A DNA stretch of 64,000 bases from an uncultured delta proteobacterium. GTDB taxonomy: Bacteria > Myxococcota_A > Polyangia > Polyangiales > Polyangiaceae. Positions 17,519 to 28,322 of the stretch are shown one piece after another; the stretch's first letter is position 1; each line of letters starts with the position of its first letter. Both the position numbers and the translations under genes were made by a program. A model generated the notes under the pieces. The model saw only the letters and a program-made list of their open reading frames with translations. It was not told the DNA's origin and made no database searches. Location of the stretch: assembly GCA_963696385.1 (NCBI GenBank), contig CAVOKF010000004.1, forward strand, positions 160,001 through 224,000, given 5' to 3'.

Positions 17519-19612
17519 GTGAGAATTCCGCGCGGATTCGCATACGCGGGCGTCAATTGCGGCATCAAGGCGGCCCGCAGGGACCTGGCGCTCGTCTATA
17601 GCGAGGTGCCCTGTTCGGCGGCGGGCTGCTTTACCGTGAGCGCAGCGCGTGCAGCGCCCGTGCGCGACGCCGCATCGCGCCTGCCGGCCTCGAACATTCG
17701 TGCCATCGTGGCGAACAGCGGCAATGCCAATGCCCTGGTCGGATCCGCCGGCGAAGGGGACGCTCGCGCGGTACGCGAGGCCGTTGCACGGGCAATCGGC
17801 GTAGGGCCCGAGACGGTCCTCAGCGCGTCGACAGGCCTCATTGGGGTACGGTTGCCGGTGCAAAAGCTGGTGCTTGCGGCGCCAAGTCTTGCGGCCGCAA
17901 AGGGACCGGCGATCGAACTCGCCGCTCAGGCGATCCACACGACCGACACCCGCGTGAAACTAGCGAGTCGCAGTTTGAACATCGGGGGCGTCGATGCCAC
18001 GTTCGCGGCGTTCGCCAAGGGCAGCGGCATGATCGCCCCCGAACTCGCCACCGTGCTCGCGTTCATTACGACGGACCTGGCGGTCGAACCGGAGGCGCTG
18101 CAGTCCGCGCTCGCAAGTGCCATGCGGACGAGCTTCGAGATGATCACGGTCGATGGGGACATGAGTACCAACGACGCCATCTTCGCCCTGGCCAATGGGC
18201 TCTCAGGCAATGTGCGCGTTCAACGAGGAACGCCCGAATACGCGGCGCTCGCCGATACGATCGAGGGGCTCTGCATCGATTTGGCGCGCGAGATTGCGGA
18301 GGACGGCGATGGTGCCACCAAGCTCATCGAGGTGCGCGTCGGCGGAACCCCCAACGCGGAGATGGCGCGGGAGCTCGTGCGCGCCGTCGCTGGCTCGAAC
18401 CTGGTGAAAGCTTCCGTCTTCGGAGCCGATCCAAACTGGGGTCGAGTCCTGATGGCCGTCGGCGGGCGGGTCGGGTCGCGCGGCTGGCCAATCGATCCGA
18501 ATTTGGCGACCGTGCACGTCCAGGGGGTCTGCGTCTATGAGGGCGGGGCTCCGGCCGGCGTCGATGCGCTGGCGCTCCGGGCCAAGATGCGCGAGCCGGT
18601 CGTGACGATCGACGTTCAATTGGCCGAAGGCAACGCCCAAGCCAAGGGCTGGGGGTGCGACCTCAGCTACGACTACGTCAAGATCAATGCCGACTACACG
18701 AGCCTAACGCACGCGTCAGCCGATGGAACGGTGGCGCGCGACGACCGGCTAACGAACTACAGCCCCGGTTTCAAGCGCGCGCTGCTGGTCGAGGCGCTCA
18801 GCTACATCGCACGCTTCACCAACAAGCGGGCCGTGGTGAAGTACGGCGGCGCCGCCATGGTGAAGGACTCGCTCAAAGCGAGCTTCGCCAACGACATCAA
18901 TCTTTTGCGCACGGCGGGGCTCTTGCCGATCGTCGTCCACGGTGGGGGCCCGGAGATCACGCAAACGCTCGAGGCGCTCGGTATGGGCAAGAGCGAATTC
19001 GTCGATGGAATGCGCGTCACGGGACGCGACGACGTCAAGGTCGTCGAGATGGTGCTGACCGGCAAGATCAATACGGAGCTCGTGTCCCTGCTCAACCAGT
19101 CGAGCGCACATGCCGTGGGCGTATCCGGCAAGGATGCCGGCCTCTTGCGCGCGCGCAAGCTTTTGGGCGAAGGGGGCCGAGACCTGGGCATGGTGGGGGA
19201 AATCACCCACGTGAATCATGAGTTGCTCGAGGTGCTGCTGGACCGGAAGTACGTCCCGGTTGTCTCGCCGGTCGGGCTGGGCGAAGACGGCGAAGGGTAC
19301 AACATCAACGGCGACGCCGCGGCGGCCGAGATCGCCATCGCTCTCAAGGCGGAGAAGTTGATTTATCTGACGGACGTGGCCGGAATTCTCGAGAATGGGG
19401 AGCTGATCAGCGAGATCTCCGCCACCGAGCTTCGCAGAAAGATCGCCGATGGGACCGTGTACGGAGGCATGGTCGCCAAGGCCAGGAGCATACTGCGCGC
19501 GATCGAGGGCGGTGTCGCCAGCGTGCACATTTTGGACGGCCGCGCGCCGCATTCCGTGATCGCGGAGCTCTTCACGGATCGTGGCGTAGGGACGCTCGTG
19601 CACGGCGACTGA
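17519..19612 (+). CDS. argJ-argB: ArgJ (ornithine acetyltransferase)-ArgB (acetylglutamate kinase) fusion
   Basis: ArgJ motifs NSGNANA, TTDT, KGSGMIAPELAT, VDGDMSTND, GCDLSYDYVKINADY, followed in frame by ArgB motifs VVKYGGAAM, VHGGGPEI, YNINGD, LTDVAG, GGMVAK. Confidence 0.93.
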   Translation: MRIPRGFAYAGVNCGIKAARRDLALVYSEVPCSAAGCFTVSAARAAPVRDAASRLPASNIRAIVANSGNANALVGSAGEGDARAVREAVARAIGVGPETVLSASTGLIGVRLPVQKLVLAAPSLAAAKGPAIELAAQAIHTTDTRVKLASRSLNIGGVDATFAAFAKGSGMIAPELATVLAFITTDLAVEPEALQSALASAMRTSFEMITVDGDMSTNDAIFALANGLSGNVRVQRGTPEYAALADTIEGLCIDLAREIAEDGDGATKLIEVRVGGTPNAEMARELVRAVAGSNLVKASVFGADPNWGRVLMAVGGRVGSRGWPIDPNLATVHVQGVCVYEGGAPAGVDALALRAKMREPVVTIDVQLAEGNAQAKGWGCDLSYDYVKINADYTSLTHASADGTVARDDRLTNYSPGFKRALLVEALSYIARFTNKRAVVKYGGAAMVKDSLKASFANDINLLRTAGLLPIVVHGGGPEITQTLEALGMGKSEFVDGMRVTGRDDVKVVEMVLTGKINTELVSLLNQSSAHAVGVSGKDAGLLRARKLLGEGGRDLGMVGEITHVNHELLEVLLDRKYVPVVSPVGLGEDGEGYNINGDAAAAEIAIALKAEKLIYLTDVAGILENGELISEISATELRRKIADGTVYGGMVAKARSILRAIEGGVASVHILDGRAPHSVIAELFTDRGVGTLVHGD

Positions 19613-19629
19613 CCGCAACCGGTTGGCGA

Positions 19630-20973
19630 CTAACGAATTTCTTCCCCGCCTTCGAGCAGCAGCAGCTCCCCGACCGAGCTCGAACCCACCCCGAGAACCC
19701 GACCCAAGTGCCGCAGGAGCTCACGGTTGTCGAGGACGCCGAGCGACTGCATCTCGAGCGCCCCGATGCGATCCTCCGGGGTAAACGAGCTCGCGGTCTT
19801 CTCCATCGAAAGCTTGTCGGGCTCGTACGCGCTACGCGCCGCCTGCGTGTCGAGGATGGTGTAGTCGTCGCCTCGTCGCAGCTCGATGCTCACGGTACCG
19901 GTCACCGCCGGCGCCACCCACCGCGTGAGCGCCTCCTTGAGCATGCACGCTTCGGGGTCGAACCAGCGTCCCTCGTAAAGCAGCCGGCCGAGCCGCCGTC
20001 CGAGCGTGAAGTACAAATCCGTGGTGTTCTCGTTGTGCACGGCGCTCAGCAGTCGTTCAAACGTGACGTGCAAGAGCGCCATGCCGGGCGCCTCGTACAC
20101 ACCGCGACTCTTGGCGTCGATGACGCGGTTTTCGATTTGATCGCTCATCCCGAGCCCGTGCCGGCCACCGGCGGCGTTGAGGGCGCGAAAGCCCGCGACG
20201 CTGGAGGCGAACCGCTCGCCGTTCAAGGCCACAGGGATCCCCCGATCGAGTTCCACGGTCAACTCTTCCGCGTCCACGCGATCGCTGCCGCGCCAATGAG
20301 CGACGCCCATGATGGGATCGACGAGCTTCATGCTGCGATCGAGCCGCTCCAGATCTTTGGCTTCGTGAGTTGCCCCAAGCAGGTTCGCGTCGGTCGAGTA
20401 GGCCCTTTCCGTGGCCATGGTGTACGGCAAACCCATCGAAGCGAGATAGGCGCTCATTTCCCTCCTTCCGCCGAACGCGTCGACGAATGCCCGATCGAGC
20501 CAAGGCTTGTAAATTTCGAGCGACGGATTGACCAGGACCCCGTATCGAAAGAAGCGCTGGATATCGTTTCCCTTGTGCGTACTGCCGTCTGAAAAGATCT
20601 GCACACCGTCTTCGCGCATCGCTCGAATGATCGCGGTGGTCGTCACGGCGCGTCCGAGGGGGGTCGTGTTGAAATACTTCTTGCCGCCCGTCGAGAGGTG
20701 GAACGCCCCGCATTGGATGGCGACCAATCCCTCCCGCACCAAGGCGTCGCGGCAATCGACCAGACGGGCGCTCGTGGCTCCATGTTTGGTGGCGATCGGG
20801 GGAATGTCGGATACGTTCGCTTCGTCGGGCTGGGCGAGGTCCGCCGTGTACGCGTAGACCTGCAGACCTTGGCGCGACATCCATGCGACGGCGCAGCGCG
20901 TGTCCAGACCGCCCGAAAATGCAATGCCGATACGGGTGCCCTCTGGGGGGAGCTTGCGATGGATCCGGCTCAT
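19630..20973 (-). CDS. argG: Argininosuccinate synthase (E. coli-type subfamily)
   Basis: [60 protein letters not shown]. Confidence 0.96.
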   Translation of the reverse strand: MSRIHRKLPPEGTRIGIAFSGGLDTRCAVAWMSRQGLQVYAYTADLAQPDEANVSDIPPIATKHGATSARLVDCRDALVREGLVAIQCGAFHLSTGGKKYFNTTPLGRAVTTTAIIRAMREDGVQIFSDGSTHKGNDIQRFFRYGVLVNPSLEIYKPWLDRAFVDAFGGRREMSAYLASMGLPYTMATERAYSTDANLLGATHEAKDLERLDRSMKLVDPIMGVAHWRGSDRVDAEELTVELDRGIPVALNGERFASSVAGFRALNAAGGRHGLGMSDQIENRVIDAKSRGVYEAPGMALLHVTFERLLSAVHNENTTDLYFTLGRRLGRLLYEGRWFDPEACMLKEALTRWVAPAVTGTVSIELRRGDDYTILDTQAARSAYEPDKLSMEKTASSFTPEDRIGALEMQSLGVLDNRELLRHLGRVLGVGSSSVGELLLLEGGEEIR

Positions 20974-21061
20974 AAGGCGTCAGATACACGCGGCGAGCCG
21001 GAAGCGGTAGCTGGATGGTGAGCCACTGGCGCCCGATCCACGAAGGCACTAAACGCCTGCC

Positions 21062-22522
21062 ATGGCTGGCATCGCTCGCACGAGCGCCACCGGTGCGGGC
21101 GGCATGCTTCCGGCGCTCTTGGAATGGTCCTCGTCGTTCGAAAGCGACAGGACATTGATCCGAGAGGATCTCTTGGGCAGCGCTGCACACGTGACGATGC
21201 TCGCGCGGACCGGCATCCTGGCGGCGGCCGACGCTTTCACACTCCGCGACGCTCTGCGCGCCATGTACGCGGAAGCGAGCGAGGACCGCCTGGCGCTGCC
21301 GCCCGGCGAGGAAGACGTGCACATGGCGGTCGAGGCCGAGCTCGGCAGGCGGGTCGGATCGGTCGCGGGGCGGCTGCATACCGCTCGGTCGCGCAACGAT
21401 CAGGTCGCGCTCGACTTGCGTTTGCACGTCCGCGATCAAGCCGCGGGCCTTACGCGCGAGCTGGCGGCTTTGGTCGCCGCGCTCGCCGAACGAGCCTCGC
21501 AGGAGGGCGCTATTTTGATGCCAGCGTATACGCACCGGCAGCGCGCTCAACCGATTAGCGGCGCATTCCTCTTGGCTTCGTGGGCGGTGGGACTCGCGCG
21601 AGCGGCGGAAACGCTGGTGTACACACTCGATCAGCTGGAAATGCCTCTGGGCTCCGGGGCGTGCTCCGGAACGTCGCTCCCGATTGACCGCGCGTTCGTG
21701 GCTCGCCTGTTTGCCCCTTGGCAGCCGACGCGAAACGCTTTGCACACGGTCGGCGACCGGGACTTCGCTCTCGACTGGACCTGGGCGGCAGCACGGGTGG
21801 TTCTGGCGCTGGGCCGCGTGGCCACCGACGTGGTTGATTTCGCCACGCACGAATTCGCACTTGTACGGCTCGATGGCACGATCGCCGCCGGCTCGAGCAT
21901 GATGCCGCAAAAGAAAAATCCCGATGTCTTCGAGCTCGTTCGCGGCAAGGGCGCGCGCGCGACAGGCAACGTGGTCGCGATGCTCACGCTCATGAAAGGT
22001 CTTTGCAGCGGATACAATCGCGATCAGCAGGAGGATCGGCTTCCGCTGCTGGAAGCCGGACCGCTGGCACGCGGATGCGCGCACGTCATCGCCCTGGCAC
22101 TTCCCCACGTCCGATTCGACAGCGAGCGCGGACGCCGAGCCATTGACGATGGGTTCACGCAGGCGACCGATCTCGCCGAGGCGCTCGTGCGGCGTGGCGT
22201 TCCGTTCCGGGAGGCGTACAAGGCGGTCGGCGAACTGGTCCGTATCGCGATCGATGCAGGGGTCGCCCTGCGCGCCATCGACCCGCACCGGGCACGGGAG
22301 GTCCACCCCGCGTTCGATGCCGCCTCGCTCGCCGTGCTCGATCCGAAGGCTGCGACGGCCGCCAAGGAGAGCGACGGCGGGACGGGGCCGCGCGCCGTCG
22401 AGTCGCAGATCGCTTGGCTTCGGGAGCGCGCCCGTGCGCTCGTGACCAAGGCAGACGCCCACGGTTCGCTCGATGAGCTGGCAAAGCGCGTCTTCGCCGA
22501 GCCGTTGGGGAGCATGCCATGA
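21062..22522 (+). CDS. argH: Argininosuccinate lyase
   Basis: EDVHM, HTARSRNDQ, GSSMMPQKKNPD, YNRDQQE. Confidence 0.96.
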   Translation: MAGIARTSATGAGGMLPALLEWSSSFESDRTLIREDLLGSAAHVTMLARTGILAAADAFTLRDALRAMYAEASEDRLALPPGEEDVHMAVEAELGRRVGSVAGRLHTARSRNDQVALDLRLHVRDQAAGLTRELAALVAALAERASQEGAILMPAYTHRQRAQPISGAFLLASWAVGLARAAETLVYTLDQLEMPLGSGACSGTSLPIDRAFVARLFAPWQPTRNALHTVGDRDFALDWTWAAARVVLALGRVATDVVDFATHEFALVRLDGTIAAGSSMMPQKKNPDVFELVRGKGARATGNVVAMLTLMKGLCSGYNRDQQEDRLPLLEAGPLARGCAHVIALALPHVRFDSERGRRAIDDGFTQATDLAEALVRRGVPFREAYKAVGELVRIAIDAGVALRAIDPHRAREVHPAFDAASLAVLDPKAATAAKESDGGTGPRAVESQIAWLRERARALVTKADAHGSLDELAKRVFAEPLGSMP

Positions 22523-23445
22523 AGGCGGCCAAGCGCGATTTTTTGAGTTTGAGCGATCTTTCGGCGGCAGAGATTCGCGATGTCCTCACGATCGCCGCCG
22601 CGTTGAAGCGTGAGCCAAAGGGGGCGCGAACTCAAATGTTCGCGGGTCGGGCCGTCGCGGTCGTCCTGGAGAAGGCGAGCACGCGGACGCGGGTCTCGTT
22701 CGAGGTTGGCTGCGCCCAGCTTGGGCTCCACCCGGTGGTGCTCGGAGTCCAAGGCAGCCAGCTCGGCCGGGGCGAGCCCATTCGTGACACGGCGCGGGTG
22801 CTCGCACGGTATTGCGACGCCATTGTCTTCCGGACCTCGGAACACGCGCGGCTGGCCGAGATGGCGACCGCCGACGTGCCGGTGATTAACGCTTTGTCGA
22901 ACGACGGCCATCCGCTCCAGGTCCTGTGCGACATTTTCACGATAGAGGAGCATCTGGGCCGCGTCGCCGACTTGCGCGTCGCGTTCGTCGGTGATTGTGG
23001 ATGCAACATGGCTCGCTCGTGGCTTGAGGCCGCCCCCCTCTTCGGGTTCGAATTGGTGCTCGCTGGGCCTCGGGAATATTCGCCCCCCGCCGAAGAGCTG
23101 GCGCGCGCCGGAACCTTCGTCAAACGGATCTACGAGCCCTCTCGGGCCGTCGCGGGATGCGCCGTAGTCAACACGGACGTCTGGACGAGCATGGGCCAAG
23201 AGGCCGAAACGGACGAGAGGACAGAGGCTTTTGCCGGCTGGACCGTAAACGACGAGATGCTAAAGGCGGCGGCGCCCAAGGCGATCGTGCTGCATTGCCT
23301 GCCCGCACATCGGGGCGAAGAGATCGACGAGGCGACTCTGGAGGGCCCGCGTTCACGCGTCTGGGATCAGGCGGAAAACCGTCTGCACGTGCAGAAGGCG
23401 TTGCTCGTCTGGTTGCTCGGCGCGGCTTCGAAGGTGGCTGGCTGA
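22519..23445 (+). CDS. argF: Ornithine carbamoyltransferase
   Basis: STRTRVSFE, HPLQ, TDVWTSMG, HCLP, QAENR. Confidence 0.96.
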   Translation: MKAAKRDFLSLSDLSAAEIRDVLTIAAALKREPKGARTQMFAGRAVAVVLEKASTRTRVSFEVGCAQLGLHPVVLGVQGSQLGRGEPIRDTARVLARYCDAIVFRTSEHARLAEMATADVPVINALSNDGHPLQVLCDIFTIEEHLGRVADLRVAFVGDCGCNMARSWLEAAPLFGFELVLAGPREYSPPAEELARAGTFVKRIYEPSRAVAGCAVVNTDVWTSMGQEAETDERTEAFAGWTVNDEMLKAAAPKAIVLHCLPAHRGEEIDEATLEGPRSRVWDQAENRLHVQKALLVWLLGAASKVAG

Positions 23446-24353
23446 CACGCACCCGCTTCGCTCCTTCGCCGACGGGCGATCTTCACTTGGGCAGCGCGTG
23501 GACGGCGCTCGCGTCTTGGGTCGTCGCCCGCCGCGCATCGGGTACCTGCGTGCTGCGCTTCGAAAACCTCGACACGTCGCGCGTCGTCGCGGGCGCGTAC
23601 GCGCGCATCCAGGATGATCTGCGTTGGCTGGGCCTCGACTGGGACGGGGACCCTGTGCACCAGAGCGAGCGTGTGGATCTGTATCGGCGGACGGTCGAAC
23701 AGCTCGCCGCAGCCGGCTGGGTCTATCCCTGCGACTGCTCACGGGCGGAAATCGCACGCGCGCCGAGTGCGCCTCACCCGGGAGAGGAGTCGGTGTACCC
23801 AGGCTTGTGCCGTGATCGCGACCCGAATCGGGCGATGAAGCGGCCCCCAGCCCTGCGACTTCGCATCCCCGAGACGGCCGTCGTTTCGTTCGAGGACGGC
23901 ATTGCGGGACAGGTCACCCAAAGACTGTCGCAAGAAGTCGGCGATTTCGTGCTCCGGAGAGGCGACGGGGTATTTGCCTACCAGATCGCGGTCGTTGTCG
24001 ATGACTTGGCGATGGGAATCACCGACGTCGTTCGCGCAGCCGACCTCGTAGCGTCGACCCCGCGCCAGATCTGGCTCGCTCAGCTGCTTGGCGCACGCCC
24101 GCCACGGTACGTTCACGTTCCGCTCGTGGTCACGCGCGAAGGTGCGCGACTCGAAAAGAGGACGCGAGGAATCACGATCCGGGAGTTGCGCGAGTCGGGA
24201 GTCCGTGCGGAGCGGATCGTCGGCTCCATGGCCTACGGGCTGGGACTCGCGGACACCGATCGGCCCGCAACGGCGAGCGAGGTGGCGCGCTCGACTGCGG
24301 AGCGGGCAATCGAATGGCGGGGGCGCCCATGGCCCGTTCCGGAGCACTGGTGA
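23442..24353 (+). CDS. gluQ: tRNA glutamyl-Q(34) synthetase GluQRS
   Basis: RFAPSPTGDLHLG, YPCDCSRAEI, YPGLC, GDFVLRRGDG, AYQIAVVVDD, RLEKR; no anticodon-binding domain. The apparent CTG start overlaps the argF TGA. Confidence 0.85.
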   Translation: MTRTRFAPSPTGDLHLGSAWTALASWVVARRASGTCVLRFENLDTSRVVAGAYARIQDDLRWLGLDWDGDPVHQSERVDLYRRTVEQLAAAGWVYPCDCSRAEIARAPSAPHPGEESVYPGLCRDRDPNRAMKRPPALRLRIPETAVVSFEDGIAGQVTQRLSQEVGDFVLRRGDGVFAYQIAVVVDDLAMGITDVVRAADLVASTPRQIWLAQLLGARPPRYVHVPLVVTREGARLEKRTRGITIRELRESGVRAERIVGSMAYGLGLADTDRPATASEVARSTAERAIEWRGRPWPVPEHW

Positions 24354-24462
24354 AGAGCCCCCGTCACGGCCGCCGTTACATCGCCGATTCCGGCGCCGGG
24401 CACGGCGAACCCCGTGCGGTCGTCATTCCGGCGCGGCGCTCGGAGTTTGCGTGAGGCTGTGC

Positions 24463-25368
24463 TTACCGCGAATCGCACGCCGCTCGAATCTTGGGCGACA
24501 CGCGGATGGGATCGAGCGTGACGCTCGGGTCGTTGGCGCGCCAGGCCGCACACGCGGCAACGGCGGCGGGGTGGGCATCGATGGCCGCGTAGGCCTCGAG
24601 CAGCGCACGCTGAACCACCGCCAGTTGGGGGTGCGTCAACGAGCCGCTTCCGAGGATCCTGTTTCCACGCGCCAGGACTTCGACGTACCGGCCATAGCGG
24701 ACGTCGGCCAAAAGCTGGGGCAACTCGGCGTCGGTCCGTTGCTGCTGCGCGAGCACCATTCCGCCGCTCGGCCCGTCCCACTCAGCGGCCATGCGGGCCT
24801 CGCTTTTTCCCTCGTTGGTCAACTTGAGTCGGGGCAACGGGATCAGGACGACTTCGCCCCGCTTCACGAATATCCCCTCGCGCCGGTTGTAGGGATCCAA
24901 CTCCCAGCCGCGGTTTGGATCTCCCCAAAAGCGCGAAGCGATCGAATTGACCGTCTCTCCATCTCCTGCGATGTACGTCACCACCGCCGGGATCTCGACC
25001 TCCTGACCTTCTACCGGGGGCACCCACGGCACGCTGCGGTTCGCCCTGGCGAGCAAGTCGGCGCGCGCGATGTCGTTGGTCCCAAGCCAAGACAACGCCA
25101 GATCGGCCCACGTTTCGCCGTGCACGACGGTCTGGTGCCCGGGTGCCGGAACCTCCAGCCGCATGCCAGGCACGATCACGGTGCCCCCCTGCACGTCGAG
25201 AGCGTTCGCGCCCACAAGAACGGTCTCGAACTTCGAATCGCCGTACACGCGGCCCGCGATCTGAGCAAGCGTCTCTCCAGGCTTGACGATGTGCGCGAAG
25301 GCGCCCGCTCTACCGGTGGCAAAAAGGACCAACGCCGCGATGCCGGCGCAGACCATCGTCCGATTCAT
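24463..25368 (-). CDS. Exported LysM-domain protein
   Basis: Signal peptide; HIVKPGETLAQIA, GETWADLA and GETVNSIA LysM-like repeats. Confidence 0.8.
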   Translation of the reverse strand: MNRTMVCAGIAALVLFATGRAGAFAHIVKPGETLAQIAGRVYGDSKFETVLVGANALDVQGGTVIVPGMRLEVPAPGHQTVVHGETWADLALSWLGTNDIARADLLARANRSVPWVPPVEGQEVEIPAVVTYIAGDGETVNSIASRFWGDPNRGWELDPYNRREGIFVKRGEVVLIPLPRLKLTNEGKSEARMAAEWDGPSGGMVLAQQQRTDAELPQLLADVRYGRYVEVLARGNRILGSGSLTHPQLAVVQRALLEAYAAIDAHPAAVAACAAWRANDPSVTLDPIRVSPKIRAACDSR

Positions 25369-26735
25369 CGTTTTTTCTCCTTGTCGATCCCTTGGGGGGA
25401 CGCCTCGAGTTCGTCGCGCGGACCGAGCTCCGGGACGGCCATCACGACGTCGATCAACCGTGTCTCGCCCGGTGCGACGGAGATCGTGCGTTTTTCCGCA
25501 GGTGCACGCGGGTGCAAGAACGTGACGTAGTGAGTACCGGCCGCAAGGGGGATCGAGCGGGCGAAGGGCGTCACGTCGACCCGCTGTCCGTCAATCCATA
25601 CCTCGGCCCAGGGGGTCGCCAGCACGCGGACGTAGCCGGGCGATGAGGCCATGAGTTCAAGCGGCATGACCCCATCCGCGTCGCCGCGGCGGCGAGCCGT
25701 GGCCTGCAGGAGACCGCCGCCGAGCAACGCCGTCGCCCCCAGCACAGCCAGGCCTGCAACCGCGTGGGACGTCCGCGACCGCCGGCGCAGCGGGGCGGCC
25801 GTCGTGGAGGGCAGGTCGGAGGGTCGGACCAGCCCGGCGTCTTCGAGCGCGCGGATCACCAGTGGGTCACCCCGCAGTCCGGCATGGGAGCTCGACAGCT
25901 TTTCGAGCTCCGCGGCAAGCGCATCGGCCGTCTGAAAGCGATTCGCCGGGAGTTTCTGGATGGTCCGCATCACGATCCGCTCGAGCGCGGCCGGCACCTC
26001 GGGTGCTCGGCGATGCAAGGGGATCGGTGGATCGCGACGAATGCGATGAGCCGCGGGCCGGGCGTCGGTCTCGTCCCCGCGTTCGAAAGGACGGGAGCCG
26101 CAAATCAGCTGGTACAGAACCACCCCGAGCGAAAATAGGTCGCTCCGCGCGTCGACGTTTTCGCCGAGAATTTGCTCCGGAGACATGTAAGCGGGCGTTC
26201 CGAACGATGCCATGTCTCCGAGTCGTACCGCATCGAGCGCGATCGGCTCGGCCGGGGCGCGAGCCCCCTGGGCGATTCCGAAATCGAAGACTTTGATCTC
26301 GCCCCGTTGGCTCGCGACAATGTTGGCGGGCTTGATGTCTCGATGCACGATGCCATTGGCATGAGCGTGCGCAAGCCCTCGCGCCACCGCAGCGCCGATG
26401 GCCGCGACGGAGTCCGCAGACACGGTCGGTTTTCTCTTCAGCAGCGTGGCGAGACTAAAGCCGTCGACGAACTCGAGCACCAAGTACGTCCGCGCCTCGC
26501 TCTTGGAGAACGCGTAGAGAAGCGCGATGTTCGGATGGCACAGTTCCGCGAGAATGCACGCTTCACGCTCGAGCTGCTGCGCGACCGGCGAGTTCCAGGC
26601 AATCGTATTTCTCAGAACTTTGAGCGCCACCTTGCGCCCGAGCGGTTCTTCGATGGCCGCGTAGATGGACGAAATGGTTCCGGAGCCGAGCTCCTCGAGA
26701 ATGCGGAAGCCTTCGATGCCCGGCAGCTCCGCCAC
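25365..26735 (-). CDS. Membrane Ser/Thr protein kinase with C-terminal PEGA-like domain
   Basis: VALK, HRDIKPAN, DFG, GTPAYMSPE; TM; PWAEVWIDG. Confidence 0.92.
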   Translation of the reverse strand: MAELPGIEGFRILEELGSGTISSIYAAIEEPLGRKVALKVLRNTIAWNSPVAQQLEREACILAELCHPNIALLYAFSKSEARTYLVLEFVDGFSLATLLKRKPTVSADSVAAIGAAVARGLAHAHANGIVHRDIKPANIVASQRGEIKVFDFGIAQGARAPAEPIALDAVRLGDMASFGTPAYMSPEQILGENVDARSDLFSLGVVLYQLICGSRPFERGDETDARPAAHRIRRDPPIPLHRRAPEVPAALERIVMRTIQKLPANRFQTADALAAELEKLSSSHAGLRGDPLVIRALEDAGLVRPSDLPSTTAAPLRRRSRTSHAVAGLAVLGATALLGGGLLQATARRRGDADGVMPLELMASSPGYVRVLATPWAEVWIDGQRVDVTPFARSIPLAAGTHYVTFLHPRAPAEKRTISVAPGETRLIDVVMAVPELGPRDELEASPQGIDKEKKR

Positions 26736-26774
26736 GGTTACGCCCTGGATCGTCGAAGCGGTCGCGCGCAAACG

Positions 26775-28322
26775 CTAAGGACGCGCGATGAGGGACCGTC
26801 CCGTCATTTCCGGAGGCTGCGACAAGCCCAACAACGCGAGCATCGTCGGCGCAACATCGCAAAGTCGACCGTGCGCTTCGATTTGCGCATTCGGGTCCCG
26901 ATCGTTGACATAGATGAGGGGCACGGGGTTGAGCGTATGAGCCGTGTGGGGCTGCCCCGTCGCGGGGTCCTTCATGAGTTCGCAGTTGCCGTGATCCGCC
27001 GTGATGAGCACCGCTCCACCCCGCTCGCGCGTCGCGTTCACGATGCGTTTTACGCCCGCATCGACGACTTCTACGGCACGAATGGCGGCATCGAGCACAC
27101 CCGTATGACCGATCATGTCGGGATTCGCAAAATTCACGAGCACGAAGTCGTACTTGTCGCTCCGAATCGCCTCTTCGACGGCTTGCGAGACAGCCTCAGC
27201 GGCCATCTCCGGCTTCTTGTCGTACGTCGGCACGTCCTTCGGCGAAGCCAACATCTTGCGGTCTTCGCCCTCGAATGGCTCTTCGCGCCCACCGTTGAAG
27301 AAGTACGTGACGTGCGCGTATTTTTCGGTTTCCGCGCAGCGGAACTGTCTGAGCCCCGCGCGCGATACGATCTCGGGAAACACGCTCGGATAGCTGTCCT
27401 TCGGAAAGGCAATCGGCAGGTCGAGGGACCCGTCGTAAGTCGTCATGCACGCATAGCGTCCCTCGAAGGGACCGTGCCTCTCGACGCGGGAGAAATGCTC
27501 GAAGTCGCGGACGGCCAACGCACGCGTCAACTCGCGCGCGCGGTCGGGTCGAAAATTGAAGTGAACGGCGACGTCGGACGGCCTGACGCCATCGTACGAT
27601 TCCACGACGAAGGGCTCGACGAATTCGTCAGTCTTTCCCATCGCATAACTCTGCTCGACCCCGGTTTGGGCCGAACCGGCGCGCGGCGCGCCAGCCTCCA
27701 CGATGGCTCGGTAGCTGCGCTCGACCCGTTCCCAGCGGTTGTCGCGATCCATTCCCCAATAGCGACCGGCCACGGTTCCGATGCGACCGACCCCGGCGAG
27801 CTTGCGCTCGACCTCAGCAAGGTATTTCGGGGCCGTCCCCGGTTGAACGTCTCGCCCGTCGAGAAAGGCGTGGACGACGACGGGAACGCCTGCAACCCTG
27901 GCCACCTCAATCAGCGCGAATAGATGGACAAGCGACGAGTGCACGCCGCCATCGCTCACGAGACCGAGCAGGTGCAAACGCCCGCTCCGCTTCTTTGCCC
28001 GCTGCACCAAGTCGCCGATGACGTCGTTCTTGGCAAGGGTTCCGTCGTATACGGCGTTGTCGATGCGCGAAATGTCCATCATCGCGATGCGACCCGCGCC
28101 GAGATTGAGGTGTCCGACCTCACTGTTGCCCATCTGACCGGGCGGTAGCCCGACGTCCGGCCCCGACGTGCCGATGAGCCCGTGGGGACAGCGCTCGAGG
28201 AGCGACGAAAGAGTCGGGGTTCGGGCGAGTCGCACCGCGTTGTCCGCGCGCTCCGCGCGCTCGCCATAGCCGTCCAAGACGACGAGAACGAGCGGGCGCG
28301 GTCGGACGTTTCCGGAGCTCAT
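26775..28322 (-). CDS. gpmI: 2,3-bisphosphoglycerate-independent phosphoglycerate mutase
   Basis: LDGYG, QMGNSEVGH, DGGVHS, AETEKYAHVT, NPDMIGHTG, TADHGN, HTAHT. Confidence 0.97.
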   Translation of the reverse strand: MSSGNVRPRPLVLVVLDGYGERAERADNAVRLARTPTLSSLLERCPHGLIGTSGPDVGLPPGQMGNSEVGHLNLGAGRIAMMDISRIDNAVYDGTLAKNDVIGDLVQRAKKRSGRLHLLGLVSDGGVHSSLVHLFALIEVARVAGVPVVVHAFLDGRDVQPGTAPKYLAEVERKLAGVGRIGTVAGRYWGMDRDNRWERVERSYRAIVEAGAPRAGSAQTGVEQSYAMGKTDEFVEPFVVESYDGVRPSDVAVHFNFRPDRARELTRALAVRDFEHFSRVERHGPFEGRYACMTTYDGSLDLPIAFPKDSYPSVFPEIVSRAGLRQFRCAETEKYAHVTYFFNGGREEPFEGEDRKMLASPKDVPTYDKKPEMAAEAVSQAVEEAIRSDKYDFVLVNFANPDMIGHTGVLDAAIRAVEVVDAGVKRIVNATRERGGAVLITADHGNCELMKDPATGQPHTAHTLNPVPLIYVNDRDPNAQIEAHGRLCDVAPTMLALLGLSQPPEMTGRSLIARP

